This document shows positions 41,746-50,659 of a stretch of 64,000 nt of DNA, piece by piece. The DNA is taken from assembly GCA_963739455.1 (NCBI GenBank), contig CAVUAK010000001.1, positions 608,001-672,000 on the forward strand. Reading direction: 5' to 3'. Source of the stretch: an uncultured Gemmatimonadales bacterium (GTDB taxonomy: Bacteria > Gemmatimonadota > Gemmatimonadetes > Gemmatimonadales > GWC2-71-9). The first letter of the stretch is position 1; each line of letters starts with the position of its first letter. Made by a program: the position numbers and the translations under genes. The notes below the pieces were generated by a model that saw nothing but the letters and a program-made list of their open reading frames with translations, searched no databases and was not told the origin of the DNA.

Positions 41746-43014
41746 GTGCGCCAATCGCTTGTTCGCAGTCTTTTCGTCCTCGCCGTGCTGCCCTCAGTGG
41801 CGCTCGCACAGAGCGCCGCCGTGGACCAACCCCGGATACTCGACGACATCAAGTTTCTCGCGGACGACCGCCTGGACGGCCGGCTCACCGGCACGCCCGA
41901 CGCCGATACCGCGGCGGCCTACATCCAGCAGCGCTTCAAGCAGGCAGGGTTGCAGGCACCGGCAGGCGGATGGTTCCAGGAGTTCAAGGTGGAGGGCGGT
42001 GCGGCCCAGCGGGTGGCTTCGGCTGGCACGACTGGGCGAAACGTCATCGGCCTGCTGCCCGGCTCCGACCCGGTGTTGCGGGAGCAGGTCATCGTGGTGG
42101 GCGCGCACTACGACCACCTGGGCGGTGGGGCCTTTGGTGCGCTCGACCCCGACAGCACCGGCAAGCCGCACAACGGGGCCGACGACAATGCATCAGGCGT
42201 CGCCGCGATCATCAACCTCGCCCAGCGCATGGCGGCTGATCCGCCAGGGCGCACGATCGTGTTCGTGGCCTTCAGCGGCGAGGAGCTCGGCCTGCTCGGC
42301 TCGGCGTACTACGTGCGCCAGCCGGTGGTTCCCCTCGCCAAGACGACGGCGATGATCAACTTCGACATGGTGGGCCGGCTGCGGAATGACAAGCTCATCA
42401 TCTACGGAACGGAGACAGCGACACAGTTCACGCCGCTGCTCGACTCGATCAACAAGATGTACGGGTTCGACCTCAAGATGCGCGGCGACGGCTATGGTCC
42501 CAGCGACCAGTCGGCGTTCTATGCCGTGAAGAAGCCGGTGCTGCACTTCTTCACCGACCTGCACGAGGACTATCACCGCACCACCGATGACTGGCAGAAG
42601 ATCAACGTCGCCGGGATGCTCAAGGTGACGGACTTCGCCGCGGCGCTCCTGCGTGAGCTGGGTGACCGGACGACGCCCCTCACCTTCGTGGACCAGCCCT
42701 CGCCGCATGCCCAGGCGCCGGCCGCGGGACAGGTGCAGACGCCAGGCTATGGCGCCTATCTCGGTACGGTGCCCGACATGGCAGGCGAGGGCGGCGGCGT
42801 GAAGCTCAGCGGCGTGCGCGCGGGGAGTCCCGCCGAGAAGGCGGGGCTGCAGCGTGACGACGTCATCACCCGGATTGGTGACATGCCGATTCCCGACCTG
42901 CAGGCCATGACCGACGCGTTGCGGTCGCACAGGCCGGGCGACGTGGTGCCCGTCACCGTGCAGCGCGATGGCAAGCCGCTCACCGTGACCGTCACGCTGG
43001 GCACGAGGACCTGA
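41746..43014 (+). CDS. Exported M28 peptidase with C-terminal PDZ domain
   Basis: GAHYDHLG, GADDNASG, GEELGLLGS, FDMVG, DYH; PDZ (YLG..PD..GSPAEKAGL). Confidence 0.93.
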   Translation: MRQSLVRSLFVLAVLPSVALAQSAAVDQPRILDDIKFLADDRLDGRLTGTPDADTAAAYIQQRFKQAGLQAPAGGWFQEFKVEGGAAQRVASAGTTGRNVIGLLPGSDPVLREQVIVVGAHYDHLGGGAFGALDPDSTGKPHNGADDNASGVAAIINLAQRMAADPPGRTIVFVAFSGEELGLLGSAYYVRQPVVPLAKTTAMINFDMVGRLRNDKLIIYGTETATQFTPLLDSINKMYGFDLKMRGDGYGPSDQSAFYAVKKPVLHFFTDLHEDYHRTTDDWQKINVAGMLKVTDFAAALLRELGDRTTPLTFVDQPSPHAQAPAAGQVQTPGYGAYLGTVPDMAGEGGGVKLSGVRAGSPAEKAGLQRDDVITRIGDMPIPDLQAMTDALRSHRPGDVVPVTVQRDGKPLTVTVTLGTRT

Positions 43015-43469
43015 TGACGGTGCTCAAGCCGGACCCCATTGTCGCGGCCCTGCGGGGAGCGTTCACCCGGGAGGTCGACCGCGAGGCGATGCTGCGCCTC
43101 GCGGCGGAGCGGATCCAGCAGGCAGGCAGCCCGTACACCTCGGTGTACATGTACATGCTGCACGGGGAGGAACTGGTGCTCGAGGCGTTCGCCGGCCGTG
43201 ATACCGAGCACACGCGCATCGCCGTGGGCCAGGGCGTGTGCGGTACCGCAGTGGCAACGGGTACCGACCAGAACGTGCCCGACGTGCGCGCGAGAGAGAA
43301 CTACATCGCGTGCAATGTGTGGACACGCTCCGAACTCGTGGTGCTGATTCGTCGCGGCAGCGTGATTCTTGGCCAGATCGACGTGGACAGTGATGCGCCC
43401 GATCCGTTCACGCCCGATGAGCAGGCAGCCGTGAAACAGGTGGCCGACGCGCTGGCCGTGCTGCTCTGA
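43014..43469 (+). CDS. GAF domain protein (free methionine-R-sulfoxide reductase-like)
   Basis: GQGVCGTA, VPDV, YIAC, RSELVV, IDVDS. Confidence 0.85.
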   Translation: MTVLKPDPIVAALRGAFTREVDREAMLRLAAERIQQAGSPYTSVYMYMLHGEELVLEAFAGRDTEHTRIAVGQGVCGTAVATGTDQNVPDVRARENYIACNVWTRSELVVLIRRGSVILGQIDVDSDAPDPFTPDEQAAVKQVADALAVLL

Positions 43470-44284
43470 CCACTCGTCTCGTTCGCAGCGTCTCCCTGTT
43501 CGAGCGCCGCGTTGGTGAAGGCCCACCGGTCGTCATGCTGCACGGCGGCCCCGGCGCGAGTCATGATTACCTCCGGCCGGGCTTCGACCTCCTCGCTCCC
43601 GGGCGCACCCTCATCTACTACGACCAGCGCGGCGGCGGGCAGTCCCCGGTGCCGACGGGCACTCCCGTCGGCTGGCGCGAGCAGGTCGCCGATCTCGATG
43701 CCCTCAGGGAAGTGTGGGGCCTCGACCAGCTCACGATCTGCGGCTACTCCTGGGGCGGCCTGCTCGCGATGCTGTACGCCACGGAGCATCCCGACCGGGT
43801 CGCTCGGCTGGCCCTCGTGTCCCCGGCCCCGGCGTGGCGTGCCGCGCGTCTCGAGTTTGAGCAGACATTCTCGGCCCGCAACATGAGCCCGGCGCTGCAG
43901 GCCGAGCGAGCGGCGTTGCGCCAGGGCGGTCTTCGTGAGAGCGATCCCGATGCCTACCAGCGCCGCCTGTTCGAGCTTTCGGTGGTGCCGTATTTCGTCG
44001 ACCCGTCACTGGTGCGGCAGCTCACCTCGTTTCGTGTCGTCGCCCGGACGCAGCAGGAAGTCTGGTCAAGCCTGGGCGACTATGACCTTCGACCACGGCT
44101 GGCGGAGCTCGCCGTGCCGTCGCTGGTGCTGCATGGCAAGGAGGACGTGATCCCCGCGTGGGCCGCCGAGGAGGCAGCGAGACTGCTACGCGCCGAGTGG
44201 CACCTCTTGTCGCCCTGCGGGCACTGTCCGCACGTGGAACAGCCAGAGGCCTTTGTCCGTGCGCTCGACGGCTTCCTTTCCTGA
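43466..44284 (+). CDS. Alpha/beta hydrolase (proline iminopeptidase-like); probable CTG start
   Basis: LHGGPG, YDQRGGG, GYSWGG, GHCPH. Confidence 0.9.
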   Translation: MTTRLVRSVSLFERRVGEGPPVVMLHGGPGASHDYLRPGFDLLAPGRTLIYYDQRGGGQSPVPTGTPVGWREQVADLDALREVWGLDQLTICGYSWGGLLAMLYATEHPDRVARLALVSPAPAWRAARLEFEQTFSARNMSPALQAERAALRQGGLRESDPDAYQRRLFELSVVPYFVDPSLVRQLTSFRVVARTQQEVWSSLGDYDLRPRLAELAVPSLVLHGKEDVIPAWAAEEAARLLRAEWHLLSPCGHCPHVEQPEAFVRALDGFLS

Positions 44285-44316
44285 CGCCCTCGCCCCTTCA
44301 CGTCTATTTTCCATCC

Positions 44317-44985
44317 GTGCCCCGGCCCACCCCGTTCGACCTCGTTTTCGACCCCCTCGCCGACGACCGTTTCCCGGCCATCCGCGATGCGCTCGCACTG
44401 AACGGCCGCGACCCGCGCGACCGCGACGCGTTCCTCATGGTGAAGGCGAGCGTATCGCTGGTCCGCGAGCTGCGGCCCGACCACGGCGTCGGCGACGGCA
44501 TGGACCAGCTCGTGGCACTGGTTCACCATGCGTACCTGTTCTGGGCTGGCGATCGTTGGGTGCGGTCGCTCGACCGGGCGGGCCTCGATGCGCTGCTGAA
44601 CGCGGAGCTGCCGCCCGACCTGAGCGACGACACGATTTCCTGGTACCTGCAACTGCCCGAGCGACGGATGTGGGCGCAGGCACTCGAGGGCTCGGCCCAT
44701 GAGCCGCTCGACGGGATCTTCGTGCATCATGCGCCCGACGGAACCCTGCGTGTGCTCGGGGTGCTGGGCGTGCATGACGACCGCGATGGGTTCACGGTGG
44801 TGGAGGCGACTGGCGCCCGTCTTCCCGGCGTGATGCGGCCCGATTCCGCGGCGTTCAGCAGCGTGCTTCCCGGCGGTGGTGCGGCGGGACTCTACTCCAT
44901 CGCAGGCGCGCATGAGTTGATCGAACTCGGCTGGCGTTCGCAGGCGCTCGAGTACCATCCCGGTACTACCACCACGGCGCACTGA
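44317..44985 (+). CDS. Hypothetical protein
   Basis: Co-oriented ORF filling the gap before polX; coding-like composition. Confidence 0.7.
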   Translation: MPRPTPFDLVFDPLADDRFPAIRDALALNGRDPRDRDAFLMVKASVSLVRELRPDHGVGDGMDQLVALVHHAYLFWAGDRWVRSLDRAGLDALLNAELPPDLSDDTISWYLQLPERRMWAQALEGSAHEPLDGIFVHHAPDGTLRVLGVLGVHDDRDGFTVVEATGARLPGVMRPDSAAFSSVLPGGGAAGLYSIAGAHELIELGWRSQALEYHPGTTTTAH

Positions 44986-44987
44986 GC

Positions 44988-46736
44988 ATGACTACACCGG
45001 GCCCCCTTTCCCACGTCGACAAGAAGAGCGCTGCCCAGGTGCTGGAGCAGATCGCGTCCTTCCTCGAGCTCAAGGGCGAGAATCCCTTCCGGATCCGGGC
45101 CTTCCGCACCGCATCCAAGACGGTGGCCGGCCTGCCGGGTGAGCTCGCGCCGGCACTGGCTGACGGCACCCTTGCGGCCACCAAGGGTATCGGTCCCGCC
45201 ACCCTGCAGATCGTGCAGGAGGTGGTGACCACGGGTCGCGCGTCGGTGCTCGAGGAATTGCGGGACCAGGTGCCACCGGGCCTGGTCGACATGCTGCAGA
45301 TCCCCGGGCTCGGCGTAGCCAAGATCCGGCAGATCCACGACACGCTCAAGGTCGACTCGATTGCCGAGCTCGAGGAGGCCGCCGTCGACGGCAGCCTGGC
45401 AAAACTGCCGCGCTTCGGCCAGAAGACCGCGGAGAACATCCTCAAGGGGATCCGCTTCCTGCGCCAGGCGAGCGCGTGGCGCCTGTCGCACCATGCGGTT
45501 GAGGAGGCGGAGGCGCTGCGCGCCGCCCTGAGCCAGCTCAAGGGCGTGCGACAGGCCGTCATCGCGGGAGACGTGCGGCGCCGCGCCGAAGTGGTGCGCG
45601 ATGTCGTGATCGTGCTCACATGCGATGCCCCGCCGGCGCAGATCTTCGCGCATCTCAGCGAGCTGCCCGGCGTAAGCGAGTTCGCGGGCCAGGACGAACG
45701 CCGCGTCACGCTCCGGTTCGCCGGCGGCAGCACGGCGCAGGTCATCGTCACGACGCCCGTCAATCTCGGGGCGGTGCTGGTGCAGGCAACCGGTAGTGAC
45801 GCGCACCTGCGGCTGCTGACCGCGCACGCGGCGAGTGCGGGTTACGCCCTCAGCGGGGCCGCACTCTGGCGTGGCAGCGAGTTCGTGGCGACCCCGGACG
45901 AAGCGACGCTCTACGGCGCGCTCGGGCTTCCGGTCATTCCGCCGGAACTGCGCGAGGGCCGGGATGAACTGGCGCTGGCCGCGCGTGGCGCGCTCCCGCG
46001 GTTGTTGGAGCGCGAGGACCTGCTCGGGTTCCTGCACTGCCACACGAACTACAGTGACGGCACGAACACGGTGGAGCAGCTGGCAATAGCCTGCCGGGAG
46101 CATGGGTATCGCTATATCGGCATCACCGACCACAGTCAGTCGGCGGCGTACGCCGGAGGCTTGCGGGAAGACGACCTCGAGCGCCAGTGGGCGGAGATCG
46201 ATTCGGTCAACGCACGGATCGAGGGCATTCGCGTGCTCAAGGGCGTCGAGGCGGACATCCTCCAGGATGGTGCGCTCGACTATCCAGCGGAGGTACTCGC
46301 GCAGCTCGACTTCGTCATCGGGTCGGTGCACAGCCGGTTCAACATGAATGCGCAGGAGATGACGACAAGGGTGCTCCGCGCGCTCGACGACCCGCGCCTC
46401 ACGATCCTCGGTCACCCGACCGGGCGGCTGCTGCTCTCGCGCGACCCCTACCCGCTCGACATGGACGCGATCATCGAGCGAGCGGCGACGCGCGGCGTGG
46501 CGCTCGAGATCAATGCCGACCCGCACCGGCTCGACCTCGACTGGCGCGTCCTACCTGCCGTGAAGGCCGCCGGAGCACAGGTATCGATCGGCGCGGATGC
46601 CCACAATATCGCGGGCATCGACTACGTGGATTTCGGCGTCGGCATTGCGCGCAAGGGTGGGCTCGGCCCGGATGACGTACTGAACGCGCGCGACCTCGCT
46701 GGCTTCACCGCTTTCGCGTCGAAAGAACGCGGCTGA
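44988..46736 (+). CDS. polX: DNA polymerase X/PHP protein with a degenerate polymerase site
   Basis: GENPFRIRAF, HhH motifs, PPELREG, PHP motifs HCHTNYSDG, TDHS, GHPTGR and DAH. Confidence 0.93.
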   Translation: MTTPGPLSHVDKKSAAQVLEQIASFLELKGENPFRIRAFRTASKTVAGLPGELAPALADGTLAATKGIGPATLQIVQEVVTTGRASVLEELRDQVPPGLVDMLQIPGLGVAKIRQIHDTLKVDSIAELEEAAVDGSLAKLPRFGQKTAENILKGIRFLRQASAWRLSHHAVEEAEALRAALSQLKGVRQAVIAGDVRRRAEVVRDVVIVLTCDAPPAQIFAHLSELPGVSEFAGQDERRVTLRFAGGSTAQVIVTTPVNLGAVLVQATGSDAHLRLLTAHAASAGYALSGAALWRGSEFVATPDEATLYGALGLPVIPPELREGRDELALAARGALPRLLEREDLLGFLHCHTNYSDGTNTVEQLAIACREHGYRYIGITDHSQSAAYAGGLREDDLERQWAEIDSVNARIEGIRVLKGVEADILQDGALDYPAEVLAQLDFVIGSVHSRFNMNAQEMTTRVLRALDDPRLTILGHPTGRLLLSRDPYPLDMDAIIERAATRGVALEINADPHRLDLDWRVLPAVKAAGAQVSIGADAHNIAGIDYVDFGVGIARKGGLGPDDVLNARDLAGFTAFASKERG

Positions 46737-47407
46737 TGCCGGCGGCAGCCCGGCCGCGGGGCCGCGAATCAGCGGAGGCACTCAAGGCGCGCGCGAAGGA
46801 AATCTTCAAGCGGCTCAAGAAGCGCTATCCCGACGCGCACTGCGAACTCGACCACCGGAACCCGTTCGAGCTGTTATGTGCCACGATCCTGTCGGCGCAG
46901 TGCACCGACGCCCGCGTGAACCTGGTGACCCCGGAGTTGTTCCGTCGCTATCCCGATGCGGCGTCGCTCGCGATGGCCCGCCCCGATGATGTCGAGGCGA
47001 TCATCCGGTCCACCGGGTTCTTCCGCAACAAGACGAAAAGCCTCATCGGCATGGCGAATGCTGTGATGGACAGGCACGCGGGGCACATTCCCGACTCGAT
47101 GGAGGCGCTACGGGTGCTGCCGGGGGTCGGACGAAAGACGGCTAACGTCATTCTCGGCAACGCCTTCGGGATCAACGCGGGCGTCACCGTGGACACGCAT
47201 GTCAGCCGCCTGTCCCAGCTGCTCCGCCTGTCGCGAAACACCGACCCGGAGCGCATCGAGCGCGACCTGATGGAGTTGTTCCCGCAGCGCGACTGGGCCC
47301 TGCTGTCGCACCTGCTGATATTCCACGGACGGCGCACCTGCATCGCCCGGAGGCCCAGGTGCGGCGAGTGCGTCCTCGCAGACCTCTGTCCCTCGGCGCA
47401 GTTCTGA
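46736..47407 (+). CDS. nth: Endonuclease III
   Basis: ILSAQCTD, LPGVGRKTAN, VDTHV, C-x6-C-x2-C-x5-C. Confidence 0.97.
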   Translation: MPAAARPRGRESAEALKARAKEIFKRLKKRYPDAHCELDHRNPFELLCATILSAQCTDARVNLVTPELFRRYPDAASLAMARPDDVEAIIRSTGFFRNKTKSLIGMANAVMDRHAGHIPDSMEALRVLPGVGRKTANVILGNAFGINAGVTVDTHVSRLSQLLRLSRNTDPERIERDLMELFPQRDWALLSHLLIFHGRRTCIARRPRCGECVLADLCPSAQF

Positions 47408-47438
47408 TGCGCCGGGTCACGCGGCAAGGAGAGATGAC

Positions 47439-48242
47439 ATGAGTGCACAGGTGCGCGTGCGGGGCTGGCTGCTCGTCGCCGCGTTGGTGGTCGCGGCACC
47501 GGTAGCGGCACAGCAGAACGCCAGCGTGCAGGCCGCGCAGAATTTCCGCTTCTCGGCGGCGGAGATCGAGGCGGTGGTGCACGCGCGGAACAGCCTTGCC
47601 CGGGCCATCGCCACCACGCCCGGGCTCGGCGACCAGATCGTCGCGGCATCGCAAGGCAACCCGACGGTGGACCAGGTCATCGAGCGCCTCCGCGCGATTC
47701 CGCAGGTCAAGAAGGCGTACAACAACGCGGGCCTCACGACGCGGCAGGGCGTGCTGAGCGAACTGGCGCTGCTGCTCACCGCGAAGGCCTACCAGAACTC
47801 GCAGCAGAATCCCGGCGCGCCGGCGATCACCCCTGCGATGGCGGCCAACCTGGCGCTGTACCAGCAGTACACCGGGCAGCTCATGGCGTGGCAGTCGGAG
47901 ATCACCGGCCAGGGGCCGGTGGTCGATCCCGACATGGTCGGCGTCGCCGGTGCGTATCCCGATAACATGCAGCTACAGAACAACCTCGATGTGCAGCAGC
48001 CGGGCAACATCAACACGGCGCAGGACCCGGACATGAAGCAGCCGGGGAACGTGAACGTGGCGAAGGATCCCGACATGCGACCGGCGGGCAACGTGAACGT
48101 CGCGCAAGATCCCGACTTCAAGCAGCCGGGCAACGTGAACGTGGCCACCGACCCCGACATGCGTCCACCAGGCAATGAGTCGCCGGCCGACCCCGACATG
48201 GTGAACCCGATCGCCACCGACCCGGACAACGTCTCGCCGTAG
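47439..48242 (+). CDS. Secreted protein with C-terminal 14-aa tandem repeats
   Basis: AAGGAG RBS, signal peptide (..APVAA/QQ), repeats QPGNVNVAxDPDM. Confidence 0.85.
   Translation: MSAQVRVRGWLLVAALVVAAPVAAQQNASVQAAQNFRFSAAEIEAVVHARNSLARAIATTPGLGDQIVAASQGNPTVDQVIERLRAIPQVKKAYNNAGLTTRQGVLSELALLLTAKAYQNSQQNPGAPAITPAMAANLALYQQYTGQLMAWQSEITGQGPVVDPDMVGVAGAYPDNMQLQNNLDVQQPGNINTAQDPDMKQPGNVNVAKDPDMRPAGNVNVAQDPDFKQPGNVNVATDPDMRPPGNESPADPDMVNPIATDPDNVSP
47997..48164 (+). repeat. Four imperfect 42-bp coding tandem repeats
   Basis: Units start at 47997, 48039, 48081 and 48123; degenerate DPD units follow. Confidence 0.9.
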
Positions 48243-48282
48243 ACCGGCTTAGATTCCCGGCCACACTTTTCCGGAAGGCAAC

Positions 48283-48732
48283 GTGGCCAAGACCGCTACC
48301 ATCGTGACCAGCAAGGGCACTATCGTCGCCGAGCTCTTCGATGACGAGGTGCCGAACACCGTCGCCAACTTCGAGAAGCTCGCCAACAGCGACTTCTATG
48401 ACGGCACCCGCTTTCACCGCGTCATCTCCGACTTCATGATCCAGGGCGGCGACCCGCTCTCGAAGAAGGCGGGCGACCCGCGCGCCGGCACCGGCGGCCC
48501 CGGCTACAAGATCAAGTGCGAGACCGAGAAGAACACGCACCGGCACGTGGCCGGGACGCTCTCGATGGCGCATGCCGGCAAGGACACCGGCGGGAGCCAG
48601 TTCTTCATCTGCCATTCGCCGCAACCGCACCTCGACAGGAAGCACACCGTGTTCGGGCAGGTCTCGACGGGCATGGACGTGGTGAACGCAATCCGCCAGG
48701 GCGACGAGGTCACGTCGATCAGGGTGAGCTGA
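48283..48732 (+). CDS. Cyclophilin-type peptidyl-prolyl isomerase
   Basis: [31 protein letters not shown]. Confidence 0.96.
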   Translation: MAKTATIVTSKGTIVAELFDDEVPNTVANFEKLANSDFYDGTRFHRVISDFMIQGGDPLSKKAGDPRAGTGGPGYKIKCETEKNTHRHVAGTLSMAHAGKDTGGSQFFICHSPQPHLDRKHTVFGQVSTGMDVVNAIRQGDEVTSIRVS

Positions 48733-48733
48733 C

Positions 48734-49144
48734 CTGCTCGTCGACTTCGCGGTCCTTGCCGACTACGCCCTCTTCGACCAGCAGGGCAAGCTGTCGGTGC
48801 TCGGCATCTTCCGTCACGTGTGGGTGGGCGGGTTTCCAGCGGTGCACCCGCGCACCCACCTGGTGATCCGGCTGCGCGCGCAACGCACTGAAATCGGCGT
48901 GCACGCGCTCCGGATCAGGTTCCTCGACGACCGCGACAACGAGCTGCTGGGCGGCGAGGGCACGGTGCAGTTCGGCGAACCACCCGCCGGCGTGACCGAT
49001 GTGGAGGCGGCGGCGGTGCTCGCGTTTGACGTGCCGCTGCCGCGTCCCGGCCAGTACCGGTTTGCCCTCAGCATCAACGGCATCCCCGCCGCCGAGGTTC
49101 CGCTCTCCGCCAGCGCAGCCCCTGCATCAGGCCAGCAACACTAG
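48734..49144 (+). CDS. Hypothetical beta-sandwich protein (DUF6941-like); probable CTG start
   Basis: LLVDFAVLADYALFDQQGKLSVLGIF is in frame upstream of the called ORF; PGQYRF near the C-terminus. Confidence 0.7.
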   Translation: MLVDFAVLADYALFDQQGKLSVLGIFRHVWVGGFPAVHPRTHLVIRLRAQRTEIGVHALRIRFLDDRDNELLGGEGTVQFGEPPAGVTDVEAAAVLAFDVPLPRPGQYRFALSINGIPAAEVPLSASAAPASGQQH

Positions 49145-49250
49145 TCTTTGACAGCGGCACCAATGAGCGCTACCGTACGGCTCAACAGGCCGGCGCGACC
49201 GGGTCCTGCCCCAGACCTACACAACCGATCCCATCACTCGGAGTTCGCTT

Positions 49251-50642
49251 ATGCGGCGTGCCGAAGTGTGCTTCGCCCTGGTGACCGCGCTGATGCTGGC
49301 GCGACCCGCCGTTTCGCGCGCCCAGGGATACGGTGTCTACGAGCAGAGCGCCTGTACCATGGGGCGCGGTGGCACCGCCGCAGCCGAACCATGTGCCGAT
49401 GGTTCCGGCATGTACTTCAATCCGGCGGGCATTGCCGGCCTTCCGCTGACTGGATCGCTCGGCGGCACGCTCATCTGGCCATCCACGACCTGGGCCAATG
49501 ACAATACCGGGATCCGGAGCGAGTTCCTGAGCAAGACGTACGCAGTTCCCAATCTCTATTTCGTGGCACCCGTGGCCCAGCGCTTTGCGCTGGGCTTCGG
49601 TGTTTTCGTGCCCTATGGCCTGACGACAGAGTGGGACAAGGACACGTTCGAGGGTCGTTTCCTCGGATACAAGACCTCACTGAAGGCGATCTACCTCCAG
49701 CCCACGGTGGCCGCGAAGTTCGGCAGGCTGAAGATCGGCGCCGGCCTCGACATCACCAGCCTGAGCGTGGATTTGCAACGCAAGATCGACCTGTCGCAGC
49801 AACTCCTGCCGCCAGGCGCCGGGGCTCCTCCCGGCGCCACGTTCGGCAGTCTCGGTGTCCCGTTCGGCACCGACTTCGCGGACGCGACGATCACGGGTAG
49901 CGCCTGGGGCGTCGGGTACAACCTTGGCGCCACGTTCGAGGTGGCGCCGCAGCTCACGGTCGGCGTCCGCTACCTCGCGCGGCAGAAGATCACCGCCAGC
50001 GACGCCACGGCGGAGTTCACCCAGGACCCGACTGGCCTGGTCCTTACCGGCGGCAACCCGCTCGGGCTCCCGGCTGGCACGCCCGTCGACGCCCTGGTGG
50101 CGCCGCAATTCGCGCCGGGCGGCCCGCTGGTGACGCAGGGAGTGTCAACGACGATCCGGTTGCCGAACCAGTTGGTCATGGGCGTCTCCGTGACACCCGT
50201 CAAGCCGCTCAAGATCATGTTCGATGCGCAGTACACCTGGTGGGAAGTGCTCGACGAGATCCCGCTCGACTTCGAGATCCTGCCGACTTCGAGCCTGGTA
50301 CTCAACGACGAGAGCGTCTGGACGTGGCGCTTCGGTGCCGAACTCCTGCTGAACCAGGAGCGTGACTTGAAGTTCCGGCTGGGATACATCTTCCACGAGG
50401 CGGCGGCACCCGCGCAGTCGGTCGTCCCGAACCTCCCCGAAGCAGCCCGCAATGACTACTCGGTGGGCGTCGGGATGCGGATCACGAAGGCGATCAATAT
50501 CGACGTCGCATACATGCTCGTCGACGCGGTGAACCGCCGGGGACGCACGATCGATCTCGCGCCCGGCGGCCCCATCACCAACGGCTTGTACTTCGACGCC
50601 GGTGCCGACCTGCTCAGCCTCACCCTGACCGCCAACTTCTGA
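49251..50642 (+). CDS. FadL/TodX-family outer membrane transporter
   Basis: Signal peptide, EQSACTMGRG, YFNPAGI, PYGLTTEW, terminal Phe. Confidence 0.9.
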   Translation: MRRAEVCFALVTALMLARPAVSRAQGYGVYEQSACTMGRGGTAAAEPCADGSGMYFNPAGIAGLPLTGSLGGTLIWPSTTWANDNTGIRSEFLSKTYAVPNLYFVAPVAQRFALGFGVFVPYGLTTEWDKDTFEGRFLGYKTSLKAIYLQPTVAAKFGRLKIGAGLDITSLSVDLQRKIDLSQQLLPPGAGAPPGATFGSLGVPFGTDFADATITGSAWGVGYNLGATFEVAPQLTVGVRYLARQKITASDATAEFTQDPTGLVLTGGNPLGLPAGTPVDALVAPQFAPGGPLVTQGVSTTIRLPNQLVMGVSVTPVKPLKIMFDAQYTWWEVLDEIPLDFEILPTSSLVLNDESVWTWRFGAELLLNQERDLKFRLGYIFHEAAAPAQSVVPNLPEAARNDYSVGVGMRITKAINIDVAYMLVDAVNRRGRTIDLAPGGPITNGLYFDAGADLLSLTLTANF

Positions 50643-50659
50643 CCGGGAGAACCGAGCTC

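Noticed and set aside
47997..48164. 42-bp repeats as a CRISPR array
   Set aside because: In-frame coding repeats without unique spacers, and no cas genes.
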